A stretch of DNA of 64,000 bases. It comes from a virus. Location of the stretch: the IMG/VR virus record IMGVR_UViG_3300033145_000777, positions 17,183 through 81,182 of that record; one strand, 5' to 3'. Made by a program: the position numbers and the translations under genes. The notes beneath the pieces are model-generated. The model had not been told where the DNA came from and did no database searches. It saw only the letters and a list, made by a program, of their open reading frames with translations. This document shows positions 1-10,018 of this stretch, one piece after another (within the stretch, counting starts at the first letter, position 1; every line of letters starts with the position of its first letter).

Positions 1-663
1 CCCCCCGAGATAGAGAAATGTATGCCTGACTATGAGTTATATGGGAGTGATTATAGCATGGGATTCACTACTCGGGGATGTATCAGAAAGTGCCCGTTCT
101 GCATAGTCCATAAGGTGGAGCCGGAGTTCAAATACCATAAGCACCCTCGCGTGTTCCATCACCCGGATCATAAGAAAATAGTGTTCCTTGACAACAACTT
201 CTTAGCGTGCTCTAATCGACTGGAGACCATCCAGTATATCTTGGACCACGACATCAAGGCGTGTTTCAATCAAGGCTTGGACGCACGGCTAATAGATGAG
301 GAGGTGGCGGTCAAGCTCGCGTCGATGAAGCTCTATAACCTGCACTTCACATTCAGAACGATCTACGTGGCCTGGGATTTGATGGATAGCCAAGATGGTG
401 TGTTGAAGGGAATACAGAACCTAATAGATGCAGGGGTAAATCCGAACAACATCAAGGTCTATGTGCTGACTCTCTTCAACACCACCTTCGAAGAGGATAA
501 GTACCGGGTAGAGAAGCTGTTGAAAATGGGCGTCGAACCCTATATCATGAGGTATAATGGGGATAAGTCCAGCAAGGATGTTAACCAACTTGCAAGGTGG
601 TGCGCGAGGCATCTGTATCGGGTATGCAAGTTCGAGGATTATGATCCTAGGAATCACAGGTGA
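1..663 (+). CDS. Radical SAM protein, 5'-truncated by window edge
   Basis: GFTTRGCIRKCPFC (CxxxCxxC) and FLDNNF motifs; frame is open back to base 1. Confidence 0.85.
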   Translation, partial: PPEIEKCMPDYELYGSDYSMGFTTRGCIRKCPFCIVHKVEPEFKYHKHPRVFHHPDHKKIVFLDNNFLACSNRLETIQYILDHDIKACFNQGLDARLIDEEVAVKLASMKLYNLHFTFRTIYVAWDLMDSQDGVLKGIQNLIDAGVNPNNIKVYVLTLFNTTFEEDKYRVEKLLKMGVEPYIMRYNGDKSSKDVNQLARWCARHLYRVCKFEDYDPRNHR

Positions 664-667
664 TTAA

Positions 668-3040
668 ATGAGCAAAAGTATTCCAAACGGTAAACTAGAG
701 GAACTGGAGAAGACCTGGGCGAAAGCCCGTGACCTAGTCAAGGACATCAGTGAAGACATATCTGCTAATGAAAGCCAACTGCTTGACTTAGTAACACAGA
801 AGGTAGCTCTTGACACCATAGATGAAAAGGCACTAGGAGACTTTGCTAAAACCCCGTACTTGATTATGCCTAAAGGGAAGAACGAGGCTTGGATCATAGT
901 ACCACGGTTCGTTGACTTTCACGTAGGGTGGCTGGAGAGACAGACATCCAGCTATAATGTGTTCATAGTAAACCAGTACATTGACATGATCTCTCCCCTA
1001 CCTCATGACATCAAAGCCAGAGTAAGCATCGAGCCATATCTCGAAAAAGCAATACTCCAGCAACGACCAGGTAAGGTAGGTATCCTCGAAATAAACCCAC
1101 TTGACTATGAACGGGCTAAGGAGAAGTACAAGAACAGTCTAGGCAACCGAGTTTCTGGCCGTGAGGATCAGATATACCTCAAGAAAGGAAAAGAGTTTTC
1201 GTTACTAGCTGAACTCATCAGAGATGGTATGCTTCCGTTTGAACCCAAGCCTGTTGCAGAAGATGATCTCAGACCTGAAAATGAATGGGGCAATAAAATC
1301 AAGCTCCGAGAGTACCAAGAGCGTGCCTTTGATTCATTCATACAGTATGGTGCGGTTGGGATCTATTGGGCTCCTGGGGCAGGGAAAACCTTTGTTTCAA
1401 TAGAAACGGGGAACCGTGTGATGGGTGATAAACTTGTAGTAGTCCCTCAGTTGACTTTGAAGGAGCAATGGGAAGAACGTATTAAGGAATATGCGGTAAG
1501 TCCAGGAGAGTGGGAAGTTCAGACATATCAGTACATCACCCACAAGCATAACTATGACAGATTTGCGAAACGGGAATGGAAAATTATCTTCTATGATGAG
1601 TGTTTCCCTTACTATGATCAAATCTATACAGAATACGGCCAAATACCGATAGGATGGTTGGTTGAAAACAAAATACAATGTAAGGTTTGGAGTTATAATT
1701 TTACTAATAACCAATTAGAGTTAAAACCCATTACTTTCTTCTATCGAAAACACGCGAGTTCCGTTTTAGAGATAGAGACAGAAAACTCAATAATTCACCC
1801 AACTAAAACACATAATATATATACACCTGAAGGAAATCACTTACCTGCTAACGAGCTGAAGCTACTTGATGAAACAATATATCTGCGAAATATGTGGACG
1901 GAAATTCAAAAACCATCACGCCCTCAATGGCCACAAAATGCACCACAAACACCCGGATCACAACGAGAAGTTAAACAAGAAAATAGCGGAAGAAGGATTA
2001 CATTGGAGCAAGACAAACCCAGATGCTTGGGAGAAATTCAAAAAAGACTTATCAAATTCACGCATGAGAGAGAACAATCCATACTGGAAAGGAGGGGCTC
2101 ATCAGCAAACGTGGGCGCGAATAGCATACGAGGATTATCTTTATCCCAAGGAATGTATGACTTGTCACGGGAGGTCGGGTGCAACACAGATAGATATTCA
2201 CCACAAGAATGGAGATCGAAAAAACAACTCGAAAGAGAATCTTATGGTTTTATGCCGTTCTTGTCACGAAAGTCTACACCGCGGGGATGGTCACACTATA
2301 CAACAGTGGATAACATTAGAGGAATTCGAGAACTTACGCTTAATGATCCCAGAGTCTATGATCTTGAAGTAGCGGATAATCATAACTATTTCATTAATGG
2401 TGTTTTAGTATCGAACTGCCACCACCTCCCAGCAAACACGTTTAGCAAACTGGCCGTATTCAAGACAGATTACAGGATAGGGTTGTCAGCGAGTCCATAC
2501 CGCGAGGACGGGCGCACTGAGTACATCTTTGCGTTAACAGGGTTCCCCATAGGGTTGAGGTGGCGTGAGCTCATCAGTCTTGGCGCAGTTGGTGAACCTG
2601 ACGTCAAGGTGTATCTCTATTCTACTGAGTTTAGGAAAAGGGCTGACCTAGACAATTTGATAAAGACGCGAAGCGGTAAGATTCTAGTCTTCTGTGACTC
2701 AGTACCCACAGGTAATACCCTAGCCAAAGCTTTCGGCGTTCCCTTCGTGTACGGGAAGACGAGGAATAGGCTGGAAATTGTAAGGGATAATCGTGTCGTG
2801 TTGATCAGCCGAGTAGGGGATGAAGGCATGTCTATTCCTGATCTGGATACCGTTATTGAGTATGATTTCCTTTACGGTAGCCGACGTCAAGAAACCCAAC
2901 GTGCAGGTAGGCTTATGCACAACAAGAAAGGTGGTGAGCATATCATAATGATGACTGAGGTTGAGCTAAGTAAGTATGAGAAGCGGCTGTATGGGTTGGA
3001 GGAGCAGGGTTTTAACATCAGGTTCGAGAGGAGAGCATAA
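668..3040 (+). CDS. Superfamily 2 helicase (XPB/Rad25-like) containing an intein
   Basis: LREYQ, Walker A WAPGAGKT, DE|CH Walker B split by intein, LSASPYREDG, QRAGR. Confidence 0.9.
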   Translation: MSKSIPNGKLEELEKTWAKARDLVKDISEDISANESQLLDLVTQKVALDTIDEKALGDFAKTPYLIMPKGKNEAWIIVPRFVDFHVGWLERQTSSYNVFIVNQYIDMISPLPHDIKARVSIEPYLEKAILQQRPGKVGILEINPLDYERAKEKYKNSLGNRVSGREDQIYLKKGKEFSLLAELIRDGMLPFEPKPVAEDDLRPENEWGNKIKLREYQERAFDSFIQYGAVGIYWAPGAGKTFVSIETGNRVMGDKLVVVPQLTLKEQWEERIKEYAVSPGEWEVQTYQYITHKHNYDRFAKREWKIIFYDECFPYYDQIYTEYGQIPIGWLVENKIQCKVWSYNFTNNQLELKPITFFYRKHASSVLEIETENSIIHPTKTHNIYTPEGNHLPANELKLLDETIYLRNMWTEIQKPSRPQWPQNAPQTPGSQREVKQENSGRRITLEQDKPRCLGEIQKRLIKFTHEREQSILERRGSSANVGANSIRGLSLSQGMYDLSREVGCNTDRYSPQEWRSKKQLERESYGFMPFLSRKSTPRGWSHYTTVDNIRGIRELTLNDPRVYDLEVADNHNYFINGVLVSNCHHLPANTFSKLAVFKTDYRIGLSASPYREDGRTEYIFALTGFPIGLRWRELISLGAVGEPDVKVYLYSTEFRKRADLDNLIKTRSGKILVFCDSVPTGNTLAKAFGVPFVYGKTRNRLEIVRDNRVVLISRVGDEGMSIPDLDTVIEYDFLYGSRRQETQRAGRLMHNKKGGEHIIMMTEVELSKYEKRLYGLEEQGFNIRFERRA
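1601..2416 (+). mobile_element. Intein (272 aa) in helicase Walker B motif
   Basis: Begins CFPYYDQIYT, block B HPTKTHNIY, ends VYDLEVADNHNYFINGVLVSN followed by Cys; removal restores DECH. Confidence 0.9.
1869..2372 (+). CDS. C2H2 zinc finger + HNH endonuclease, overprinted in an alternative frame inside the intein
   Basis: CEICGRKFKNHHALNGHKMHH; NPYWKGG; CMTC...IDIHHKNGDRKNNSKENLMVLCRSCHESLH. Confidence 0.85.
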   Translation: MKQYICEICGRKFKNHHALNGHKMHHKHPDHNEKLNKKIAEEGLHWSKTNPDAWEKFKKDLSNSRMRENNPYWKGGAHQQTWARIAYEDYLYPKECMTCHGRSGATQIDIHHKNGDRKNNSKENLMVLCRSCHESLHRGDGHTIQQWITLEEFENLRLMIPESMILK

Positions 3041-3050
3041 ACTCCTAACC

Positions 3051-3104
3051 TTTAGCCCATAAACTTTATATAAGTTTCTAGCATAGATAGTTTGACCCAA
3101 AATG
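3051..3104 (+). promoter_or_regulatory. Repeated promoter/start motif, copy 1 (type A)
   Basis: TTTAGCCCATAAACTTTATATAAG...TTTGACCCAAAATG; identical over 54 nt to the copy at 39087. Confidence 0.8.
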
Positions 3105-3305
3105 GAAACATCAAAAAAACTTCTGGACAACATACCTCCAAGCTGGAAAGGGTTATCACAATCTGAGTTAATGGCTGAGGCAGCTAAAGCACATAAAGCA
3201 TACAATAAAGCCTGGTCTGAGGGTAACACCGAGGAAGCAATCAGGAGGAATTATGAGAGTAGGAAACTGGTGGCTCTCTACTTTTCAAACGCCGAAAGCC
3301 ACTGA
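3102..3305 (+). CDS. Hypothetical protein
   Basis: ATG sits at the end of the promoter motif. Confidence 0.65.
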   Translation: METSKKLLDNIPPSWKGLSQSELMAEAAKAHKAYNKAWSEGNTEEAIRRNYESRKLVALYFSNAESH

Positions 3306-3378
3306 GTACAAGAAGCGCAAACCAAAACAGGGTACTGATCTATTAAGTCACATTTTCTATACACCTGGGGCGATCTAA

Positions 3379-3564
3379 ATGACCAGTACTCTAGTCTGTA
3401 GACATTGTGGATTTGAGACCGAGGCATACGATATGCACATAGGGGGAGGTTATCTTGAAGCGTTTGAATCAGCAAAAGAACATATCAAAAAGAAGCATAA
3501 ACCTCAATGGAAATATTGGCTCACTAGAGGTAGTGTAACCCAAGAATGTTTCACGGTCAGATAG
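3379..3564 (+). CDS. Small zinc-finger-like protein
   Basis: CRHC...HIKKKH. Confidence 0.5.
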   Translation: MTSTLVCRHCGFETEAYDMHIGGGYLEAFESAKEHIKKKHKPQWKYWLTRGSVTQECFTVR

Positions 3565-3611
3565 GATAATATTAAAACGTGTGTAGTTCTATTATCTCTT
3601 GAGAGATTAAT

Positions 3612-3947
3612 TTGGCTTACGTTACCTCAGCTCAGGTTCTTGCAATGGTTCATACGAAGCTTACCCCAACTCAGCTAACCGACATGATAGCTAGAGCCGA
3701 TCAATGGGTGGATGACCACGTTGTAGAAGCCGATCTTAATGCTATTCAATTACAGTTGCTGAGTCTAACTAGGTGCATGTACAGGGTTTTGCTTATGGAC
3801 CCGACGGCTTGGAAGCTTGGTGAATACTCGCAGGACGCCAAGGTTCAGAAGGAGAACATACTCCATGACCTCGAAGAAATGGTTGACCTCTATAACGGTG
3901 TAGGTACTCCTAACTTCATAGTGGGACAGGACCCGGTGGACGGATAG
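3612..3947 (+). CDS. Putative head-tail adaptor
   Basis: MAYVT N-terminus, size, first gene of head-tail cluster. Confidence 0.6.
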   Translation: MAYVTSAQVLAMVHTKLTPTQLTDMIARADQWVDDHVVEADLNAIQLQLLSLTRCMYRVLLMDPTAWKLGEYSQDAKVQKENILHDLEEMVDLYNGVGTPNFIVGQDPVDG

Positions 3948-3955
3948 GTGTGTAA

Positions 3956-4858
3956 ATGGCTGCAAGCAGGTTCGCCTCGATATTAGCAATGAGAGGTAAA
4001 CCAGCTGTCATACGACGTCAAACTGGAACTGAACGAGACTACGGTTCTGATGCTGCTGGTTTCACTTGGACAGATTATCAAAAGACCCTAGTGTTTCAGC
4101 CCTCAAGAAGGAAGGGAATCACAGAAGTCCTCTTGGATGCTGGAATAATCAAGATGGGAGACGGAAAAATATTCACCCTTGCATCAGACGACATACGGCC
4201 AGAAGATAGGGTAATTGTTGATGGTGGAGAGTACATGGTTCTACCCGGCTTTTCTCCTTGGGATGCTTTAGGGGGTACCCTCTTTCGTGCAGCTGATGTG
4301 AAACGGGTGTATGATTCAGTTTCAGCAACCTTCTCAGGAGTAACGAACATATTCACAGAGGACTTTGCAGATGTATTAGCTTGGACTGTTAAAACTGGTG
4401 TCTGGACTAACCCCGCTGGTGAATACAAGTGCGTCTCCGGGGTTGGTGTTGACGGTATCTCGGTAGCAGGTACGTTAACGTGGACTGACTACATAGCTCA
4501 GACAGATGGACGAGTAGACGCAGGAGACATCGGTAAAGCAGGGCTCGTCTTCAGGTACTCTGGAGCAGGGGCAGACATCCTAGCATATAGCTTAATGATT
4601 GACCCCACCAACGACAAAGTCACACTTGAGCTCCTATCAGGAGCAACATGGACTACACTACTCGAAGCAGATATGAACATCGAGACTGATACAGACTACG
4701 AAATCAGAGTACATTGTTTCAGCCACTTCATTCTCTGCTTTGTTGGAGGCAACTTCATATTCAGTCTCTCTGAAGCAGAGATATTGGAAGGACAAATAGG
4801 TCTACGAAGTGAGGACGGGACAGCATTCTTTGACGATGTGGATATATGGACGGAGTAA
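3956..4858 (+). CDS. Putative head-closure protein fused to a ConA-like/DUF1080-like beta-sandwich domain
   Basis: N-terminal DIRPEDRVIVDGGEYMV; C-terminal EGQIGLRSEDGTAFFDDVDIW. Confidence 0.55.
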   Translation: MAASRFASILAMRGKPAVIRRQTGTERDYGSDAAGFTWTDYQKTLVFQPSRRKGITEVLLDAGIIKMGDGKIFTLASDDIRPEDRVIVDGGEYMVLPGFSPWDALGGTLFRAADVKRVYDSVSATFSGVTNIFTEDFADVLAWTVKTGVWTNPAGEYKCVSGVGVDGISVAGTLTWTDYIAQTDGRVDAGDIGKAGLVFRYSGAGADILAYSLMIDPTNDKVTLELLSGATWTTLLEADMNIETDTDYEIRVHCFSHFILCFVGGNFIFSLSEAEILEGQIGLRSEDGTAFFDDVDIWTE

Positions 4859-4864
4859 TGAACA

Positions 4865-5329
4865 ATGGTTAGCACCTTAGAAACTGTACTGGAAACCATA
4901 ATCGCACAGCTCAAGGCAGACGTTGGAGTTATAGCAGTTCTACCCCCAGGAACAGGAGCAGAAATCCCTGTATTCCACGCCAGACAGAAACGTAAAGACG
5001 TCTTTCCACGGATCACAGTGATGGATATAGCAGTAAGAAGTGAGGTATCCGGGCTCGATGATGGTTTTGACGGAACTTACGTCTATCAATGGGAAAAAGC
5101 GTTGATTCAGATCGACTGCTACAGCTCAAGGGACTCAACTGAACGTGATAGGGTGTGGATGGCAGCTAAGACATGTCTGTTAAAGAGGGCTGTTAAGGTC
5201 ACTCTTAGACGGGCTGGAATAATCTATATTCACGAACCCATGTCAATTAATGTGGATTCACTTCAAGCAGCCCCGGCTGAGTATAGAAAAATGATGACTT
5301 ATTCGGTGTTCTGGTTTAGTAGAGCATAG
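4865..5329 (+). CDS. Putative tail terminator
   Basis: FPRIT and IQIDCYS motifs; position before tail tube gene. Confidence 0.6.
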   Translation: MVSTLETVLETIIAQLKADVGVIAVLPPGTGAEIPVFHARQKRKDVFPRITVMDIAVRSEVSGLDDGFDGTYVYQWEKALIQIDCYSSRDSTERDRVWMAAKTCLLKRAVKVTLRRAGIIYIHEPMSINVDSLQAAPAEYRKMMTYSVFWFSRA

Positions 5330-5376
5330 CCTTAAATGTTCTCTTAATCATATTCAAGATTAGAGGTTAATTATAG

Positions 5377-5805
5377 ATGGCAGAGATTTACGTGGGCAAA
5401 GACGTCACTGTTGAAATCTGGAACGCCGGTGAAACCGAACAATTCACAGTTACTGTTGCTCAGGAAGTAATATTCAACCCTGCCCAAGCTATCGAAGGCA
5501 TTGACGGGCTAGGAAGCGACCTAATACAAGTGTGGGCTGCTGGCCTGAAAACTTTTGAAGGGACATTGTCTCAGCTAATGGTTGACGCAAGCAACCAGCT
5601 TTGGCTACTTGCCCCATTCCAAACATGCCTTACAGAATACGTTATGAAACTCATTTGGGATGATACCTGTGTACCAGTGCAGACGATCACGATAACGCTT
5701 ACGGGAGTAATCTTCCCAAGGGGTGCAATTCCTTCCCCGAAGAACGCAGCGGTCATCCTCGAAATGCCGTTCAGGGCTAAGAATGCAACCATCGTAACAA
5801 CTTAG
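5377..5805 (+). CDS. Putative tail tube protein
   Basis: Beta-rich 142 aa; G...FEGTL and final F.A pattern; precedes chaperone and tape measure genes. Confidence 0.65.
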   Translation: MAEIYVGKDVTVEIWNAGETEQFTVTVAQEVIFNPAQAIEGIDGLGSDLIQVWAAGLKTFEGTLSQLMVDASNQLWLLAPFQTCLTEYVMKLIWDDTCVPVQTITITLTGVIFPRGAIPSPKNAAVILEMPFRAKNATIVTT

Positions 5806-5818
5806 GCTTGGTGAATCA

Positions 5819-6268
5819 ATGGGGAAAATAACAAGAGCTATGGTGCTGCAAGGCACTGAACTCCGTCACGTTGTTGACATTCCACAATGGAATAAAGAGG
5901 CAACTCTCACCGTTAAACCTATCACCGATGGTCAGTTCATGGAGATACAGGCTAAGATGTTCGAAGGCGTCGAGCTTGGTGAAGACAATGAACCATTCAA
6001 AGGCATGACCATGACTGAGATTTCTCAAAGAGAGAAAAATGTCAGGAGACAAGCCGTAGCATTCGCATTATCAATAGATGGTGAGGAATGGGCACCAGAA
6101 GATGTAGCTCTCCTACCTCCAGGTGCAGTTGATGCCCTGTATAATGATGTCGCTCTGATTTCGGGTTTTCCAAAGGGGCGTCGAGCCCAGGCTCCGCCTT
6201 TAGAGGAATTGGACGAGGTGGAACAACTGGAGCCTTCAGAGGAACCGGAGTCTCTGCTGACGAAATAA
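5819..6268 (+). CDS. Tail assembly chaperone (G)
   Basis: Between tube and tape measure genes; slippery heptamer near 3' end. Confidence 0.7.
   Translation: MGKITRAMVLQGTELRHVVDIPQWNKEATLTVKPITDGQFMEIQAKMFEGVELGEDNEPFKGMTMTEISQREKNVRRQAVAFALSIDGEEWAPEDVALLPPGAVDALYNDVALISGFPKGRRAQAPPLEELDEVEQLEPSEEPESLLTK
6163..6201 (+). promoter_or_regulatory. Programmed -1 frameshift site with downstream hairpin
   Basis: In-frame G GGT TTT at 6163-6169; hairpin GGGGCG-TC-GAGC(CCAG)GCTC-CGCCTT; -1 frame open to 6558. Confidence 0.7.
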
Positions 6269-6351
6269 CCACTTTCCTTAACATTTATGGCTATGGTCTG
6301 CATATTCTACATCAGAGAGGATACAAGCTAATCACTGGTAGAATCTTAGAT

Positions 6352-6558
6352 ATGACACCCTTACAAAGCAGAGTGATAATAGCACTAGGCAGGTGGGTGT
6401 TAGGACAAGTCTCAGAACCTTCAAAGCAGGAAAGTGAGATGACTGATGATGAGAAATACGCCAAACGAATCAGGGAAAAATGGACTGCAGGTAAAAGAGT
6501 GTCCACTTTCGGAGACCTCGCGCGTGTTCTCAGACCAACACCGAAGAAGAAAAGGTGA
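6352..6558 (+). CDS. C-terminal part of frameshifted tail chaperone (GT)
   Basis: In the -1 frame relative to 5819..6268, with no stop between the slippery site and 6558. Confidence 0.6.
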   Translation: MTPLQSRVIIALGRWVLGQVSEPSKQESEMTDDEKYAKRIREKWTAGKRVSTFGDLARVLRPTPKKKR

Positions 6559-6936
6559 GTGTGTTTGGCTACTGTAACACTTTCCGGGTTCAACGTTTTC
6601 ACACAGTATCTAGGTAAACTACAAGATTCACTTGATAGCATTGCAGCTGCTGCTGTTAGAGAGGTTGCTGAGAGTATTCGTGATGATGCAAAGGAATGGG
6701 TAAGAGTTGATACTGGTAGCCTAAGAAAGAGCATCAGGGTTCAAAACCGCAGACTCTCAGGAGGGTTTCACACCATCGGAGTATCAGCTGGTGGGTACGT
6801 CACAAACCCAAAAACAGGAAGAAAGGTAGACTATGCCTTATATGTAGAGGCAGACTATCCATTCTTGAGACCTGCTGTGATGGCACATGCAATGGACTTA
6901 GTTGCCGCAATGAAATGGAGGATGAGCAATGTCTGA
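6559..6936 (+). CDS. HK97 gp10-like tail completion protein
   Basis: VRVDTGSLRKSI, YALYVE, PFLRPA motifs. Confidence 0.75.
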   Translation: MCLATVTLSGFNVFTQYLGKLQDSLDSIAAAAVREVAESIRDDAKEWVRVDTGSLRKSIRVQNRRLSGGFHTIGVSAGGYVTNPKTGRKVDYALYVEADYPFLRPAVMAHAMDLVAAMKWRMSNV

Positions 6937-9900
6937 AGTATTTAGTATTGTAGCATACGTTAAAGCCCGTGTAGATGAGGCTAAGAGGGATTTTGCAACA
7001 TTTCAAAAATCAGTTGACGACAGCAAACAAAGCCTAGATAATTTGGGAACAGCAGGTGACGTTGCAGCTGGGATCCTCATTCAACAATTCAGTCAGAACG
7101 TAGTCAGGGCATTCGAGACATTTGGAAGAGTCACTGTAGACTCGTTTGCAGATTTTGAGACAGCAACTGCACGTATCATAGCCACAACTGGAGCAACAGG
7201 AGATGAGCTGATAGAGCTCACAAGCATTATTGAAGAATCGGCTATGACACTTGGAACCGATTTCGGTGTAGGTGCAGCAAGTGCAATGAGTGGGCTTGAG
7301 TCTTTGGTTAAGGCAGGATTAGACCCAGCAACTGAAGCAACCCAAGCACTGGAAGGAGTCTTACAACTAGCCACGATTGAGCAGATGAACACAGCATCTG
7401 CCGCTAACATGGTTATAGCTGCAATGACTCAGTATGGTCTAAAGGCAAAGGATACCACCAGAATAGTTGACGGGTTCGTTCAAGCATCAGCAGCTGGAAT
7501 TGACACTGCAGCAGGATATGCTAGTGGTCTCGCAAACGTAGGAGCAACGGCAGCCTCAATGGGGTTCAGCATGGAAGAGACATTGGCTACCCTAGTCCAA
7601 ATAGACGCTTCCCAGAAAGATGCACGAAGATCAGGAACATTCCTTAACAGGATGCTTATTGACCTAGCATCCAAATCAAAAGACGCAGGACTGGAAATCT
7701 ACAACGCAGACGGCTCAATGCGATCTATGGATGATATTATCACTGAGCTAAGGGTCAAGATTCAAGGATTCGGCAACGATCAAGCAGCAGTAAACGAATG
7801 GCTAGGACAATTCCAGTCACTCTCACAGAGAGCCATACTCTCCCTAGTAAACTACGATGGAACAATAGAAGACACCCAGATCAAACTCCAAGGTATGTCA
7901 GGTGCCCAGGAAACAGCTAACGTAATTCTAGACACCTACGCTGGTCGCCTTGCTGTAGCTGATGCAAAACAGGAAAGTGCAGCTATTGGGATGGGTGAAG
8001 TAACCTCTGAATTGAGTATAATGAGTGCAGAGTTCATGGCGTCCCTTGGACCCGTAGGTCTCTTAGCAGACTCCCTTGGCCCACCTATGCTTAGTGGAGC
8101 AATGCAGGGCGTTACAATGGTCTTCGTTCCACAGCTGATTAAAACCCTCGGGCAAATGGTAGCCCAGATGGGTTTAGCAACAACCGCATCCACCATCCTT
8201 GGAGGTGCAATGAACATCATGACAGGTCCCATAGGGTGGATTACCCTTGCGGTGGGAGCCCTAGCTTTGGCTTGGAGTAATGATTGGGGAGGCATACAGG
8301 AAAAGACAGGTGCTGTGATTGACTTCATTATGGAGAAGATTGCTTGGGTCACTGATGGGATCTCTTGGTTTGGAGACTCTGTTAGAGGAATACTCAAATG
8401 GGTTGGAGATGGATGGACGGCATTAAATGACACTATCGGTGAGCAACTAGGTAGTCAAGTCGTACTTGTTGAATCAGCTCTTGACGATGAGCTGAATGCA
8501 ATAGAAGATAGCTATGCTGACCAGGTTAGTTTAATCAAAGAATCCTATGTAGAAAGACTATCAGATATAGATGCAGCATTAGCGGGTCAACTCAACGTCT
8601 CTGAGTCACACTATGAGGACTTGAAGAGACTGGCAGAAGAAGCTCATGAAACAGCGTTAACTGATTTACAGGAGCATTGGGTAGACCAGATTGATGAAAC
8701 AGCTGAAGGCTGGGAAAGCGTAGTTGAGGAATACGAGAGCCATTACGCTGATATAATTAATGAAACAACCGAAAGCTATAGCAACCTGCTTTCTGAAACC
8801 GAGACATTCTATGATGATATGCTTGCAGAGCAGAATGCGTTCCTAGTTGCAATAAGGGAAGGTCGAAACCGTGATCTTGATGACCTTGAACTCAATTTCC
8901 TGTTAGAAAAGAAGAAACTCGAAAACCAGCTTGAAAAGAAGAAAATCTCAAAATTCGAATATGAGAAAGATATGGAGAAGCTGGAGAAAGACTACCGGGA
9001 GAAGAGGGCAGAAATCAGGGATGATTACCGCATACAGGAACTGCAGGCGGAAGAAACCTTCAGGACTGAGGAGGAACGCATTAACTCTGAGAGAGCCGAT
9101 GCCCTTGAAACCATTGAAAAGGATAAGGCAGATGAGTTAGAGCGTATCAACGAAGAACAGAACGCAGCCATTCAACTGATTAGAGACGCGGAAGCCGAGC
9201 TTGCAGAGCAACATGCAAAGGAGTTAGAACAGCTTGCACTAGATCATGCAGCTGAACAAGCCCTAATTACATTAGAGGCTAATCGAGAACAGCAAAGGCT
9301 CACATTAGCGAACCAAGAAACACTCAAGAGGTTAGAAACAAAGCTTTACACCGACCTCGAAACAGCTGAGGAGGAGCATAAAACAGTTGTCACTGACACA
9401 TGGACGGACATGTGGGATGACCAGATGCAAACAACTAGAGACGCCACTAATGACATTGAAACAAACGTAGCTAACATGGATTCAGCCCTAGCCACCTCGA
9501 TAGAAGGTCTTAGAGATTGGGCTTCAGACGTCGTTGATGCAGCAAAAAGTGCATATAATAAGGCTAAGGATTGGTGGGACAAAATCTCACGCGGAAATAA
9601 AAGCAGTGGAGGCGGCGGAGGCTCGCGTGATGGAGATGACACCGTAGTTACTGCCCCTGATCTTGATGCTGGAGACACATCACCTTCCACAGAAGGACCA
9701 TGGGGTGGTAGCGAAAGATTTGCGCTTGCCGAGGGCTTTGAGGGATGGGTTGATAAACCCACTAACTTCCTTGCAGGTGAGGCAGGACCCGAATACGTAA
9801 GCGTCACGCCCTCAGGAGCTTCCCGCCAGATTGCTGGCAAGACCACGATCATACATGGTCCTCTTCTTACCATTGAAGGAAGTGCTGATGAGAAGACAGC

Positions 9901-9946
9901 CAAGCTCGCAGCTAAACTTATTATGAGTGAACTGAGGAAATATTGA
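6929..9946 (+). CDS. Tape measure protein (TP901-like core)
   Basis: 1005 aa Ala-rich helical/coiled coil; IYNADGSMRS; C-terminal LAGEAGPEYV. Confidence 0.9.
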   Translation: MSEVFSIVAYVKARVDEAKRDFATFQKSVDDSKQSLDNLGTAGDVAAGILIQQFSQNVVRAFETFGRVTVDSFADFETATARIIATTGATGDELIELTSIIEESAMTLGTDFGVGAASAMSGLESLVKAGLDPATEATQALEGVLQLATIEQMNTASAANMVIAAMTQYGLKAKDTTRIVDGFVQASAAGIDTAAGYASGLANVGATAASMGFSMEETLATLVQIDASQKDARRSGTFLNRMLIDLASKSKDAGLEIYNADGSMRSMDDIITELRVKIQGFGNDQAAVNEWLGQFQSLSQRAILSLVNYDGTIEDTQIKLQGMSGAQETANVILDTYAGRLAVADAKQESAAIGMGEVTSELSIMSAEFMASLGPVGLLADSLGPPMLSGAMQGVTMVFVPQLIKTLGQMVAQMGLATTASTILGGAMNIMTGPIGWITLAVGALALAWSNDWGGIQEKTGAVIDFIMEKIAWVTDGISWFGDSVRGILKWVGDGWTALNDTIGEQLGSQVVLVESALDDELNAIEDSYADQVSLIKESYVERLSDIDAALAGQLNVSESHYEDLKRLAEEAHETALTDLQEHWVDQIDETAEGWESVVEEYESHYADIINETTESYSNLLSETETFYDDMLAEQNAFLVAIREGRNRDLDDLELNFLLEKKKLENQLEKKKISKFEYEKDMEKLEKDYREKRAEIRDDYRIQELQAEETFRTEEERINSERADALETIEKDKADELERINEEQNAAIQLIRDAEAELAEQHAKELEQLALDHAAEQALITLEANREQQRLTLANQETLKRLETKLYTDLETAEEEHKTVVTDTWTDMWDDQMQTTRDATNDIETNVANMDSALATSIEGLRDWASDVVDAAKSAYNKAKDWWDKISRGNKSSGGGGGSRDGDDTVVTAPDLDAGDTSPSTEGPWGGSERFALAEGFEGWVDKPTNFLAGEAGPEYVSVTPSGASRQIAGKTTIIHGPLLTIEGSADEKTAKLAAKLIMSELRKY

Positions 9947-10018
9947 TACATAGATATTCTTGGAATCGTAAACCATATAGCATCCACCTGCATCTATATT
10001 TTAAGAGGATAATCTGTT

